From: Eledone cirrhosa
Taxonomy: Eukaryota
DNA length: 64,000 nt
Direction of reading: 5' to 3'
Assembly: GCA_964016885.1 (NCBI GenBank)
Contig: OZ024753.1
Coordinates: forward strand, 29,574,001-29,638,000
Part shown: positions 12,704 to 23,800 of the stretch, in pieces
Layout of the letters: each line of letters starts with the position of its first letter
Position numbering within the stretch: the first letter of the stretch is position 1
Made by a program: the position numbers and the translations under genes
Notes under the pieces: model-generated
What the model was told of the DNA's origin: nothing
Database searches by the model: none
What the model saw: the letters and a program-made list of their open reading frames with translations, nothing else

Positions 12704-15262
12704 CTACAGGATGGTATACAGAGAAGGCCCATTTGCACGAGCCATTCTCGCCACTATCACCCACCTTTCATAAAACTGCCTGTGGCCAAGCACCTCTCTC
12801 TCCATTCTTATCCTTCTTCCGAAGTGATATCGGAAGAAGTAGACCAGACTTTGGCCAGAGAGGAAGTTGCCTGACCTCAGACCTTTTAATCGTGTCCACC
12901 AAACAACCTCTTTCAACATGACTATTACGCACAGAAAAACCGCCTTTGCTTCCTTTGTGAAGAGGGGAGGCGGCTTGATTATCATCACGGACTCGGCGGT
13001 CAATCGAATCGGCGCCACCCGCGACAGCAGTCGTTCGGCGTAGCCGTCGGGAGGCATCGGTCTGCCTCTCCACGTTCCGAGTTGCAGCCCGATGGATTTT
13101 TCCCGGTTCAGTTTCGCTCCTGACAACCTTTCGTAATCCTCCAGTAAGGAACCGATCGCCTCGATCTCCGAGTCGGTCGATACCATTACTGTTACGTCAT
13201 CGGCGTAGGCCGACACCGCTTTGCTCAATCCTGGTTCCAGGGGGATACCCTGCAACAACTCCAACTTCCTCAGTAAAGGCTCGAGAGTCAATACGTACAG
13301 AAGGGAGGAGAGAGGACACCCCTGTCGAATGGATCGTGTGATTTCGAACGCCTTCGAAAGGTAGCCATTCACCTTGATCCTAGAACAGATGTGGTTGCTA
13401 TGTAAGGCAGTGATCCAGCCTCTGAAAACAGGACCGAACCCAGCCGCCGCTAGCACCGCATCCAGGTAACCATGGTCGACCCTATCGAAGGCCTTAGACT
13501 GATCCAAGTTGATCAGGGCCCCACCGAAGCCGGGTTTGTTGTCAACCCTCTCTATGATGTATCGCATGAGGTGGAGATTATCGTGAATGGACCTGGATGG
13601 GATAGCACATGTCTGCGCATCTCCCACCAGGCTACCCACGACAAGCGCCAACCTCTTTGCTAACACCTTGGCCAAAATCTTTAACTCTGTGTTTAGCAGG
13701 GTTATGGGCCGAAAATTATTTATACTATCCCCCTTGTTCTCGTCCTTCCTCACCAGCGAGACTACGCCCTTGGCTACAGAGCAAGGAATTCTCCCGTTCT
13801 GCTGCCAATTGCAGTAGACCGCTTCGAGGAGTTCGGAGAAGAAGACCGGCATTGCTAAATAAAGTTCGTAAGGTATACCATCGAGACCTGGAGATTTGCG
13901 TCTGCTGCATTGGCTCAGCGCATCCCCGATCTCATCAGCCGAGATTGGTCCCTCGCAGGACTCTGCCACTTCGCTCGAGAGACGCGGCAGGCCGTCGAGG
14001 TATGGACCGAAATCCACGTCCCCGCCCGGACCCTCGCCTCCCCCGAATAATCGGGCAAAGTGCCTTTGAAAGGCCTCGCACATCTGCTTAGGCTCCAGGA
14101 TCACCCGTCCATCCTCGTCTTGCAACGACCGGATCGTGGATCGATTTCCACTCTTAGCTTCTGTCACGCGGGCCCAGCCAACGGCTTTGGCCCCCTCATT
14201 ACCTAGAGCACGTATTTTACTTCGAATGACGCAGCCTTCGTGCTTTACATCGAAAAACTGGTTCAAGGCCGTCCTCGATGCCAGCACTCTGGCCACATCT
14301 TCGCTCTTGATTGCCTCTTCTAATTTACCTGTTAATTCTTTCTCGTTTCTATTCCTATCGGCAGCTAACATCTTGCTATAACTTATTGATTCTGTTCTAA
14401 TCTCTCTTTTGAGAGATGCCCACCATCGGTTGTTGACGATTGCACCCGTCAACCTCTCCTTAACTAATCTGCTAATCCGGTTTCTGTAAGTCTCTTTTGC
14501 CGGTAAAGACAAATTAAGTTTCCAGTAACCGGGACCCTGTTTATGTGTTTTCTCGAGATTGACTACGCTGGTCACTAATTTGTGATCCGTATAGCCAACC
14601 GTGAGCATTTCTGGACAGCTTAATATGTCCCTATCCTTACTTCTAACTAAGAATCTATCTAAGTACGATCTAGATTGACCACTATGGTTCGTCCAAGTCC
14701 AGGTAGGCACAGTTGGAAAATCTAATGGATATCTATCGACCAAGTTAAAACGGTCGAGTAACCCCTTGAGGCTGTTACACACCCCTCTATTAGGACATGC
14801 TCCTGCATAATCCCAACGTGCATCTAGGATGTCATTCCAATCCCCCGCTAGAAGCAGGGAACGCGACGTTCCCAGAAAAGTCTCCAAACGCTGGAAGAAG
14901 TCGGGCCGTTCAGCTCCGAAAGGGGAGTAGACGGCGACCAGTCTCAAGGCCGCACCTTCACTACTGCCAACGTCTAGTACCAACAAACGACCCTCCGGGT
15001 CCGAGTGAACAACCTGTACGGTAAGACCCAGGTGTTTTTGCAGCAGTACGACAACCCCACCCCCACCTCCAGGTTGACAGAGAGATGCATGCACCTCAAA
15101 GTCATCGAAGGTAGGGGCCAGCTGCCGCACGACGCTGATCCGAGTCTCACAGATAACCATTACATTTATACCACATGACCTGAGGTCATTTAGAAGCTTT
15201 GCTTGCTTCCAAGTTGAGCCCAGGCCACGTGCATTCAAACATCCTACTCTTAACACATCCAT
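12704..15262 (-). CDS. Tx1 ORF2 (APE-RT), 852 aa, lacking about 293 aa including the zinc finger
   Basis: MDVLRVGCLNARGL, GDWN, TDH, YADD; junction PPDG/YAERLL near 13044. Confidence 0.92.
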   Translation of the reverse strand: MDVLRVGCLNARGLGSTWKQAKLLNDLRSCGINVMVICETRISVVRQLAPTFDDFEVHASLCQPGGGGGVVVLLQKHLGLTVQVVHSDPEGRLLVLDVGSSEGAALRLVAVYSPFGAERPDFFQRLETFLGTSRSLLLAGDWNDILDARWDYAGACPNRGVCNSLKGLLDRFNLVDRYPLDFPTVPTWTWTNHSGQSRSYLDRFLVRSKDRDILSCPEMLTVGYTDHKLVTSVVNLEKTHKQGPGYWKLNLSLPAKETYRNRISRLVKERLTGAIVNNRWWASLKREIRTESISYSKMLAADRNRNEKELTGKLEEAIKSEDVARVLASRTALNQFFDVKHEGCVIRSKIRALGNEGAKAVGWARVTEAKSGNRSTIRSLQDEDGRVILEPKQMCEAFQRHFARLFGGGEGPGGDVDFGPYLDGLPRLSSEVAESCEGPISADEIGDALSQCSRRKSPGLDGIPYELYLAMPVFFSELLEAVYCNWQQNGRIPCSVAKGVVSLVRKDENKGDSINNFRPITLLNTELKILAKVLAKRLALVVGSLVGDAQTCAIPSRSIHDNLHLMRYIIERVDNKPGFGGALINLDQSKAFDRVDHGYLDAVLAAAGFGPVFRGWITALHSNHICSRIKVNGYLSKAFEITRSIRQGCPLSSLLYVLTLEPLLRKLELLQGIPLEPGLSKAVSAYADDVTVMVSTDSEIEAIGSLLEDYERLSGAKLNREKSIGLQLGTWRGRPMPPDGYAERLLSRVAPIRLTAESVMIIKPPPLFTKEAKAVFLCVIVMLKEVVWWTRLKGLRSGNFLSGQSLVYFFRYHFGRRIRMEREVLGHRQFYERWVIVARMARANGPSLYTIL

Positions 15263-15295
15263 GTGGGCGGGAGAGCCAAAGGAGAGTGTAGAGAC

Positions 15296-16999
15296 CTACC
15301 TTTCTGCTTCCCGGGGTTCGGGTCGCACGACTTCCATGGGGTCGGGGGTGTTGGGTGAAGGGGTGTCTTGTGGTGGTGTGGGGTCGTCAGTGTGTGGTGG
15401 GGTTGGGGTGTTTGGAGTTGTGTTGGGGAGGGGAAGGGGAGGGGGAAAGCTTTTTAGTAGGACGTGGTTTATGGGTTTGACAGAGGGTGGTCCTACGTCC
15501 TCCTTAAAATCCTTTTTTAGTTTTTGGTAGAGGTTCATTGGGATCTTTATTAATTTTAAATGTGGGTAGTTTTCTGAAGAAACAAAGTTTACACCTTCGG
15601 TTTGTACCGAAGGATTATTGTTTATGAGTTCATTTAATTTATTATTGTTTCTGTTGATGTAAGTATAGTGTAATGTCTTTTTTTCAGATGGTGTGAGTGT
15701 TTCGAAGAGGGGAGGGGCAGGTTTAGTTTTGTTTGTTGCTGGAGGGGTGTTTTGTGTTTTGTTGGATTGTGTTGACATTTGGGTGGGGGTTGTTTGGCCT
15801 TGTGTGTTTTGCACATGTTTTCTTTTTTTCCTTTTAATCTGTCTGAAGGACTCCGTTTCTTCCTCCGAATTCGTTGGGTTATCTTCAGTGTTGGAGGGAA
15901 GAGGTATGTTTGCTGGTAATGTTTCCGTGTTGGTTTTCTTTGTGGAGGAGATGGATGTCACTATGTTAGACTGTGTTGTGTGTTGTGGCTGCGGTGGTTG
16001 TGTTGTTTTATTGAGTGAGGGGTTGGGTGGGCCTGTATTTTGTTTTGGGGTAATGTGTTGTGACTGTTTGTGTTGTGGTGGTGGTGTAGTTTTACTGAGG
16101 GACGGGTTGGGTGGGACTGAGTTTTGTTGTTTGTTTATCTGTTGTGGTGGTGGTGGTGGAGCTGGTGTTGGTAGCAGGGTTTTCTTTTTGTTGAGTTGGG
16201 GACAAGCCGCCTTCAGGTGCCCTCTGCCTGCACAGATATGACAGGACGGCTTTCTCCCCTCCACGCTAATGTTTATATACCCGTGGCCCTCTAATAGGAT
16301 TCTGTCGGGTATTTGGGCGATGCGTTCAGGCTTCATTTGCACTACAAGTTCTATACCTGTTCCACTGAACGCATTGCCTGTGATTTTCCCAATGGAAATC
16401 ACGTTGTCATTCGCTGGATCGATGAAGCCAGCTATGAGCCAGCAGTAGTCCACATCTGGCATCATTGCATCCAGCCATATGCGTTGAGTTCTTTTACCCA
16501 TATAAGATGGATAAAAGGTAAAATTTTTCGAACGAATCGGTGACAAAGCACATTTTTTTGCTGCCGATTCGTTCTTCATAATAATCGCTAGGCTTCCATA
16601 CAGTCTGTCTTTTCTTATGAAAGTGGTTTCATTAAGTACTTCTGTAAGTACTGTTTTGATTTCTGTTTGAGTTGGCTGTTCAGGTTTTATAGAAATGTTG
16701 TTAATGGTGCGGAAAACGACCGTTCGACTTTCAATGTCTTTGGTGAGTTCTTGAGGCATTTTTACCGATAAAATACCATTTTCTCCTTCAGTTATGTATT
16801 GTTTGGCGTCTGTAATTCTTTGTGCCACATCTGAAATATTTCCAGGTATATATGTCAAAGATTTCTTTGTTGTTTGTGCAAATGAAATATTATTGGTGTT
16901 GACTTTGTCGTCTGCTTTGCTTTCTGTTATGATGTTGTTTTCAAATGTTATTTTTGTGTTTGTCGTGTCTTTGTTTGTGGTATTAATATTGTCATGCAA
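15296..16999 (-). CDS. Tx1 ORF1 (zinc-knuckle protein); true start uncertain, possibly further upstream
   Basis: CHICAGRGHLKAAC; IRKDRLYGS and FYPSYMG shared with element A ORF1. Confidence 0.85.
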   Translation of the reverse strand: MHDNINTTNKDTTNTKITFENNIITESKADDKVNTNNISFAQTTKKSLTYIPGNISDVAQRITDAKQYITEGENGILSVKMPQELTKDIESRTVVFRTINNISIKPEQPTQTEIKTVLTEVLNETTFIRKDRLYGSLAIIMKNESAAKKCALSPIRSKNFTFYPSYMGKRTQRIWLDAMMPDVDYCWLIAGFIDPANDNVISIGKITGNAFSGTGIELVVQMKPERIAQIPDRILLEGHGYINISVEGRKPSCHICAGRGHLKAACPQLNKKKTLLPTPAPPPPPQQINKQQNSVPPNPSLSKTTPPPQHKQSQHITPKQNTGPPNPSLNKTTQPPQPQHTTQSNIVTSISSTKKTNTETLPANIPLPSNTEDNPTNSEEETESFRQIKRKKRKHVQNTQGQTTPTQMSTQSNKTQNTPPATNKTKPAPPLFETLTPSEKKTLHYTYINRNNNKLNELINNNPSVQTEGVNFVSSENYPHLKLIKIPMNLYQKLKKDFKEDVGPPSVKPINHVLLKSFPPPLPLPNTTPNTPTPPHTDDPTPPQDTPSPNTPDPMEVVRPEPREAER

Positions 17000-17425
17000 T
17001 TTTTCAAATTTTTTTTTTTTTTCGTTGTTGGAATCAATGTCCAGATTTGTGTTTTCGTCATTTTTCTCCGCAGATTCGTCTGTTTTTATTTTATTTTTTC
17101 CTTCCTTCTCTATGACGTTAGTTGGGAAGGAAGGGGGACTAAAGCGTGCGAGCTTACAACTCTTACCGCTGTCCCCCCACCACTATTTTCGTTAGCTTTG
17201 TTTAACATTTCTGTCAGACGATTGAAATTTTTTATGCCACAAAATTTTTAAAAACAGGTTTTTCACCCCTAGGAGGGGTAAAGATGAGCTGACCCACCGC
17301 CTGACAGCTACACAATAGTATCAAAATTAAAATTGAACTTACAAAATTTCCGCAATAAATTTGAACAAAACTTCTGCGCGAAGTGAATTACATCTACGCT
17401 GTAGAACAGACGACAGCTAGATTAT

Positions 17426-17519
<94 letters not shown>
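17426..17519. repeat. (GATA)n tract at the 5' end of element B
   Basis: Direct observation. Confidence 0.95.
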
Positions 17520-17521
<2 letters not shown>

Positions 17522-17594
17522 TATTATTAATCTAAAATATCTAAAAAAAAATTAACGAAAAGAGATAAGGAATTATTATTATTACTATTATTAT

Positions 17595-17800
17595 TGAGTT
17601 CAAATCCCGCCGAGGTTAACTTTGCCTTTCATCCTTACGGGGTCGATAAAATAAAGTACCAGTAATGTACTGGGGTAATTGCTGGCCTTGTGCCAAAAAT
17701 AGAAACAATTATTATTATTATTGTAATGCACTGGGGTCGATTTAATCGACTTTCCTTTCCCCCTAAATTGCTGGCCTTGTGCCTAAAGTAGAAATCATTA
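17595..17800 (+). mobile_element. Nin-domain tRNA SINE fragments (OK-like)
   Basis: gagttcaaatcccgccgagg...gcctttcatccttacggggtcgataaaataaagtaccag. Confidence 0.8.
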
Positions 17801-18681
17801 TCATTATTGTTATTAATATTATTATCACTTTTATTAAATTTGTTATATATTTAAGATAAATCTTTAGTTGAAACGTGGAAGATTTATGTATTCAATATAA
17901 TTTTTAATGTCATTGTTATAAAATTTACATCAGCGCTTGAAAAAAATTCATATTTTATTTCCCTATATAGTAACATAGCAATCGTTTCTCGATAAAGTTA
18001 ATTAAAATTACACTGGATTCGTTGACTTAAGAGAACGTGACCTTAACATCGCTAGCGAGACTAATGATTTTATTGGTTGGTTTCCTTGTAATTATATTTC
18101 GTCGACTAATTACAGTAATAAACCTCTGAATGTGAGATTCATTAACAAAAGGAGGATGTATTAAAACGATGCATAAATGTTCATATTTAACTGCTGTCGT
18201 CGCTCACAGTTTCTGATTACGATCAAATTCTTGTCCCTAGACTCTGTCTAATGGAACACCTAAGTATTCCCTGAAAAACACATACTATAGAAACATTGAG
18301 ATATTGGAAGACATTTACGTACAACAGCCTGCTCATGAAATTAATACAGAAGTGGCTGAGTATTCCAAAAACTCGTATAGAGCATAGTTTTCACAATGAG
18401 TGAGTGTGGTATATTGTGTTACAAGCATAACTCTTCGAACATCATGTACGAACTCCCTTTTTTTTTTTAATCGAATGGACTGGAACAACGTGAATATAAA
18501 GTGTCTTGCTCAACGACACAATAAGCCAACTGGTCTACAAAAGGAATCTATATATATATACAGGTTTTGCTTGATGATCTTGCGAGTGCGCAGGTGAAAC
18601 TCTTAGCCATAATAAATGAATATGTAAATTCGACTTCGATATTGACTACTCTTTGTCCTGTCAATAATACATATACATGTG

Positions 18682-18980
18682 AAGGCGTGTGGCTTTGTGG
18701 TTAGGTTATTCGGCTCCCAATCGCAAGATCGTGAGTTCGATTCCCGGCGGCGCGTTGTGTCCTTGAGCAAGACACTTTATTTCACGTTGCTCCAGGCCAC
18801 TCAGCTGACAAAATTGAGCTGTTCCTGTAATTCGAAGTCACGCTGAATCTCCCTGAGAATTACGTTTAGGGTACGCGTAATTGTGGAATGCTCAGCCACT
18901 TGCGCGTTAATTTCACGAACAGGCTATTCCTTTGATCTATCGACTGGAACACTCATCGTCGTAACCGACGAAGTGCCAGT
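18682..18980 (+). mobile_element. CORE-domain tRNA SINE (OR-like)
   Basis: A box tggctttgtggttagg, B box gagttcgattcc, CORE-like ccttgagcaagacactttatttcacgttgctccag; other partial copies at 18300-18530, 19860-19960 and 27375-27497 (-). Confidence 0.8.
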
Positions 18981-19124
18981 TATATATTACAGTGTGCGAT
19001 ACATAGACTGATATTTTCAAAGTTATAATTATTTGGCAATGGAGTCAAGTTACTTCTTATCAAAATCATGACAGACATCGAAAACAAATATATGGGATTA
19101 TATTCACACGATGTGTTATTTTCT

Positions 19125-19515
19125 AATAATTGTTTCTACTTTTGGCACAAGACCAGCAAATACACAGTACATTACTGGTACTTTATTTTATCGACCCCGT
19201 AAGGATGAAAGGCAAAGTTAACCTTGGCGGGATTTGAACTCAGACATTAAGGGCCGTAACTCTTTGCTGCAAAGCATGGCGTCCGACCCTCTACCTACAC
19301 TGCCAATCCACCGTTATTTTCTAATAATTGTTTCTACTTCTGGCACAAGGCCAGCAATTACCCAGTACATTACTGGTACTTTATTTTATCGACCCCGTAA
19401 GGATGAAAGGCAAAGTTAACCTCGGCGGGATTTGAACTCAGACCATAAAGGGCCTTAACTCTTTGCTGCAAAGCATGGGTCCGACCTTCTACCTATACTG
19501 CCAAACCAACGCCCT
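19125..19515 (-). mobile_element. Two head-to-tail Nin-domain SINEs
   Basis: Two units of about 195 bp, each with B box and Nin core. Confidence 0.85.
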
Positions 19516-19516
19516 T

Positions 19517-19633
19517 ATTTTCTAATAATGATATATACTATTTTCTAATAATGATATATACTATTTTCTAATAATAATATATACTATTTTCTAATAATGA
19601 TATATACTATTTTCTAATAATGATATATACTAT
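19517..19633. repeat. 23-bp tandem repeat, about 5 copies
   Basis: Unit tctaataatgatatatactattt. Confidence 0.9.
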
Positions 19634-20043
19634 TAGGTGTCAAATTATATCCTCGTCCGTGTATAACATCCTCTCTGACATTCCTTTCCACCAATAATTA
19701 TTTGTATAAAACGAATCATAATATATTCATTAGGTATAGATATATAGATACATATACTAGGTGATCATATTTATATTAAAATATGCCTGCTTTTCTATGT
19801 ATGTTCTCCTATGTAAACGCATCTGTACATAGTATATTCTTGTATACAAACGCATACTCAATACTGGAGCAACGTGAAATGAAGTGTTTTGCTCAAGAAC
19901 ACAACACGCAACCCAGCCCAGGAATCGAACGCACATTATGATCGTAATTCCAACACCCTTACAACGAGGTAAGGGTGTTTGTCTGATCAAAAGTTTATAA
20001 CAGCTATTTGGTGCGTTCAGTATAGATTAAATTTTGATATATC

Positions 20044-20360
20044 AATAAGTACCGGTCGCTGTCCGACAGGTTTGCGGTCGTGCCCTTGGCAGTGGAGACT
20101 TCTGGTGTCCTTGGCCCTAGGGCTACCTCCCTACTTACCACCATAGACACTGAGCTGGCCAGCCGCAGGTGTGAGCCTCACGAGATGGAATGGCTCTTCC
20201 AGCGCATTTCCCTTACCATCCTCCGGGGAAACGCCTTCTCCATTCTGTCCGCCGGGGCTTTGGGGAGGCCAGTACGTGGGACCCCATTTGCTCACCATAC
20301 AGAGAGATGGGGTGGGCGAGAGAGATGGAAGCGATGACAGTGGAAGTTCGGACCATATCC
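20044..20360 (+). mobile_element. CRE-clade retrotransposon 3' fragment (restriction-like endonuclease C-terminus plus 3'UTR)
   Basis: KYRSLSDRFAVVPLAVETSGVLG...ISLTILRGNA. Confidence 0.75.
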
Positions 20361-20681
20361 TTGTGATTGTGTTTATCATCTATATAGAAAATTATCAGTG
20401 AAATACGGTTCCGTGCGATTAATGTGATTTAAGCAAATGTTACGCGATATTTACAATACGTGCTGTTTGAAGCATCTTATATTCTGCATTAATGCAGAGT
20501 AAACATACTGCACTTTTCAGTCGTGTGTGCTGTGGGCATCGATATCAAGTTGAACATGGAGGGGGGTTATATTTGTAGAAAGAAGAATAAATTGCGGACT
20601 TTAAACGGAAATTTGAGGAAAATCGACATAATTGTGGATTTACTGATGTAGTCTTTCCTGCCGCGCAAAATACCCGATCAA

Positions 20682-20740
<59 letters not shown>

Positions 20741-21266
20741 AATATATACATACACATACACAAAAAAAACACATACATACACAAATATACACACAAAGGC
20801 AACTGAAACTACGTAACACACACATACACACAAATATATACAAATATATACATACACAAAAAATACACATACACACACACACACACACACTCACTCACAA
20901 ACATACACACACAAATATATACAAATACATACATACACATGCACACAAATACACACGCACTCACATACACACACGCACACACAAATATATATACAAATAC
21001 ATGCATACGCAAAAAATACATAAACACACTCATATATACACACACACACACACACAAATATTTACAAATATATGCATACACATACACACATACATGCAAC
21101 ACACATACACACAAATACACACACTCACATACACACACACAAAGGCAACAGAAACTAGGTAAATGTGTATGTAAATGTACGAATGTACAAATTTCTGGCC
21201 TTCTCGCTATGTACGAAACAAATATTATTATTCTTGTTTGTATTTATAGTTAAGTGTGTGATTATC

Positions 21267-21455
21267 GGTGGATTGGCAGTATCGGTAGAGGGTCGGACGT
21301 CATGCTTTGACGCATAGAGTTACGGCCCTTTCCATTCTGAGTTCAAATCCCGCCGGGGTCAACTTTGTCTTTCATCTTTACGGGGTCGATAAAATAAAGT
21401 ACCAGTAATGTACTGGGTGATTGCTGGCCTTGTGCCAAAAGTAGAAACAATTATA
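21267..21455 (+). mobile_element. Nin-domain tRNA SINE, full length
   Basis: tggcagtatcggtag A box, gagttcaaatccc B box, Nin core, gtagaaacaatt end. Confidence 0.85.
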
Positions 21456-21559
21456 TATATATGTGTGTCGGCTTATCTGTCTAATAGGTATATATATACA
21501 ATATTATATTAAGTATTAGGACAATGGGATTGATGAGTTAATATCTGTATACAACAACT

Positions 21560-21945
21560 ACAACGGTACGCGATGGGGCCCACCCACAGCCCCGGTGGAC
21601 AGAATGGAGAAGGCGTTTCCCCGGAGGACGGCAAGTGAGACGCACTGGAAAAGCCACTTCAACTCGCGGGGCTCACACCTGCGGCTGGCCAGCTCAGCGC
21701 CTATGGTCGTGAGTAAGGATGTAGCCCTGGGGCCGAGGACACCAAAAGTCTCCACTTCCAGGGGTACGACGGCAAACCTGTCGGAGATCGACCGGTATTT
21801 GAGGAGTTTGGCCACCTCAGCCCGACGTGCAGCAGAACCTGGGTCAGTCGCAGACTGCACCAGGTTGCGGCTGCAGAAAGTGTCGGTGCAAGTGGCATCC
21901 CAGACGAGGGGTTTGCAACCGCGGAACGGGAAGATGGTCATGCCA
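21560..21945 (-). mobile_element. CRE-clade retrotransposon 3' fragment (RLE domain)
   Basis: PLVWDATCTDT...KLLKY...PLEVETFG...LRGNA. Confidence 0.8.
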
Positions 21946-21971
21946 TCTGTACGTACGTGTGTGTGTATGTA

Positions 21972-22170
21972 TGCATGGTCTTAAAAGACACATGAGAACA
22001 CAGCCAGAACAAAGCAATGAAAAGTTCCAGAGGAGCCTACAGTTGCCATGTATGTGCCAGAGGGTGCAAGTCTTTGGCTGGTTTAAAGAGCCACATTCGT
22101 GCCTCACATTTTGTAGCATTTTATCGGGCGATGGCAATGCTCGAACACGAGTTTGCAGCCATCATGTACG
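21972..22170 (+). mobile_element. RTE-like LINE 3' end with C2H2 fingers and (ATGT)n tail
   Basis: HGLKRHMRT and CHVCARGCKSLAGLKSHIRASH; tail ctcgaacacgagtttgcagccatc recurs at 22490-22525. Confidence 0.6.
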
Positions 22171-23352
22171 TATATGTGTGTATGTATGAATGTGTATATG
22201 TACCTACGTATGTATGTATGTATGTACGTACGTATCATCTTGGTTAAGAGAGTGGGACTGGCTTTGTGCAGTGCCTTTGCTCACTATAAAAGCTTCACGG
22301 CACAGGCATTGCTTTATATCTGGAGATCTCTCTGCACTTGTCATCACATGGTACCATGGGCCCAGCACTATGTGTCAATAATTGTCACAAGTGTAGTGTT
22401 TGTACCAGAGTTTTCAAGTCGCTGGCTGGACTAAAAAGTCACACTTGTTTAGCGTATCGGTAGGGGTTCTCCTACATGGATATAAAGTAGTGGCCGTACT
22501 CGAAAACGAGTTGGCAGCCACCATGTACGTATGTATGTACGTATGTATATATATATACATGTGTGTGTGTGTATACGTGTGTATTTTATGTATGTAAGTA
22601 TGCATGAATGTATGTATATATGTATGTATATATGTATGTTTGTGGTATGTATGTATTTTATGTATATATTTTATGTATGCATGCATGTATGTATGTATGT
22701 ATATATGTGTATGTAAATGTGTTTGTATGTATGTATTTTATGTATGCATGTATGTATGTATAAATGTATGTATTTTAGGTATGTAAGTTTGTATGCATCT
22801 TATGTATGTGTGTGTATGTATGTATGTAAGTATATATGTATGTAAGTGTGTATGTATGTGTGCATGTATGTATATATATATATGTTTGTATGTATGTATA
22901 TATGTACGTATGTATGTATATAAGTACGTATGCGTGTACAATCAACATTATTTATGTGTGCCATGTAAAGTAAACAGAAACTGTTGATATTACATATAAG
23001 AGGTATACACTTAGAAATAATGTGGAATAAATATCACATTAAGGTAGAAAGATCAAAGTATGTGTTACCTTTGGCATTTAAAAAAACCTGCCAATGATCG
23101 ATTGTTTCAACAAATCAATCGTGTATAGAAGTATCTATTACTAAGTGGTGTGAAGTCTCTTTGTAAACAGCTCTCCTTTATACATGGATCTATATTATTG
23201 ATTATTACTTAATTCCCTGTTCTGCCATGAATATAATGTATAATCTAATTGCTAAATATGTATAATTTAGGAGTCTGTGAACTCGTGTAGTTCAGTGTTC
23301 GGCTCATGATCGTAAAGTCAGACATTCGATTCCCGTTTACGGGTTGCGTCCC

Positions 23353-23800
23353 TTCTTCTTTTTCTTCTTCTTCTTCTTCTTCATTGCCTTCTTCTTCTTC
23401 TTCTTCTTCTTCTTCTTCTTCTTCTTCTTCTTCATTGCCTTCTTCTTCTTCTTCTTCTTCTTCTTCTTCTTCCATTTATTCCTGAGAAGGTCGTGGGGCC
23501 AGAGTCCTCAAACATTCTCTCAGGACAGCGGGTCCTGTCAGAAGCAACCTTTTCCAACTGATCTAGCTTGATCCCCAAGCGAGACCAACCAAGCTCATGG
23601 ATGTTATCCAAACATCTTGCTCGGGCTCTACCCCTGGGTCTCCTACCAGTTGGTTTCGCCCGTAAAATCTGTCCAGCGGTTCTTTCCAGAGACATTCTAA
23701 CCGCGTTGTGTTGTTCCCCCTGAACAAAACATTTTATTATACATTGCTCCTGTCCGTTCAGTTGGCAAAAATGGACAGCCTTGTCACCCACTGTTTTACG
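23353..23800 (-). mobile_element. RTE LINE 3' fragment with (AAG)n tail
   Basis: RMSLERTAGQILRAKPTGRRPRGRARARCLDNI, a typical RTE C-terminus. Confidence 0.7.

Larger units (their letters stand above)
12490..17425 (-). mobile_element. Tx1/L1-clade non-LTR retrotransposon (element B) with an internal in-frame ORF2 deletion
   Basis: Same architecture and 3' end (AATAAAGAAAT-(CTAT)n) as A; 5' end abuts (GATA)n. Confidence 0.93.

Noticed and set aside
7233-16543. Many short overlapping and + strand ORFs within the Tx1 elements
   Set aside because: Shadow frames of GC-rich ORF1/ORF2 with no independent motifs
18682-18760. tRNA gene
   Set aside because: A/B boxes belong to SINE heads; no complete cloverleaf
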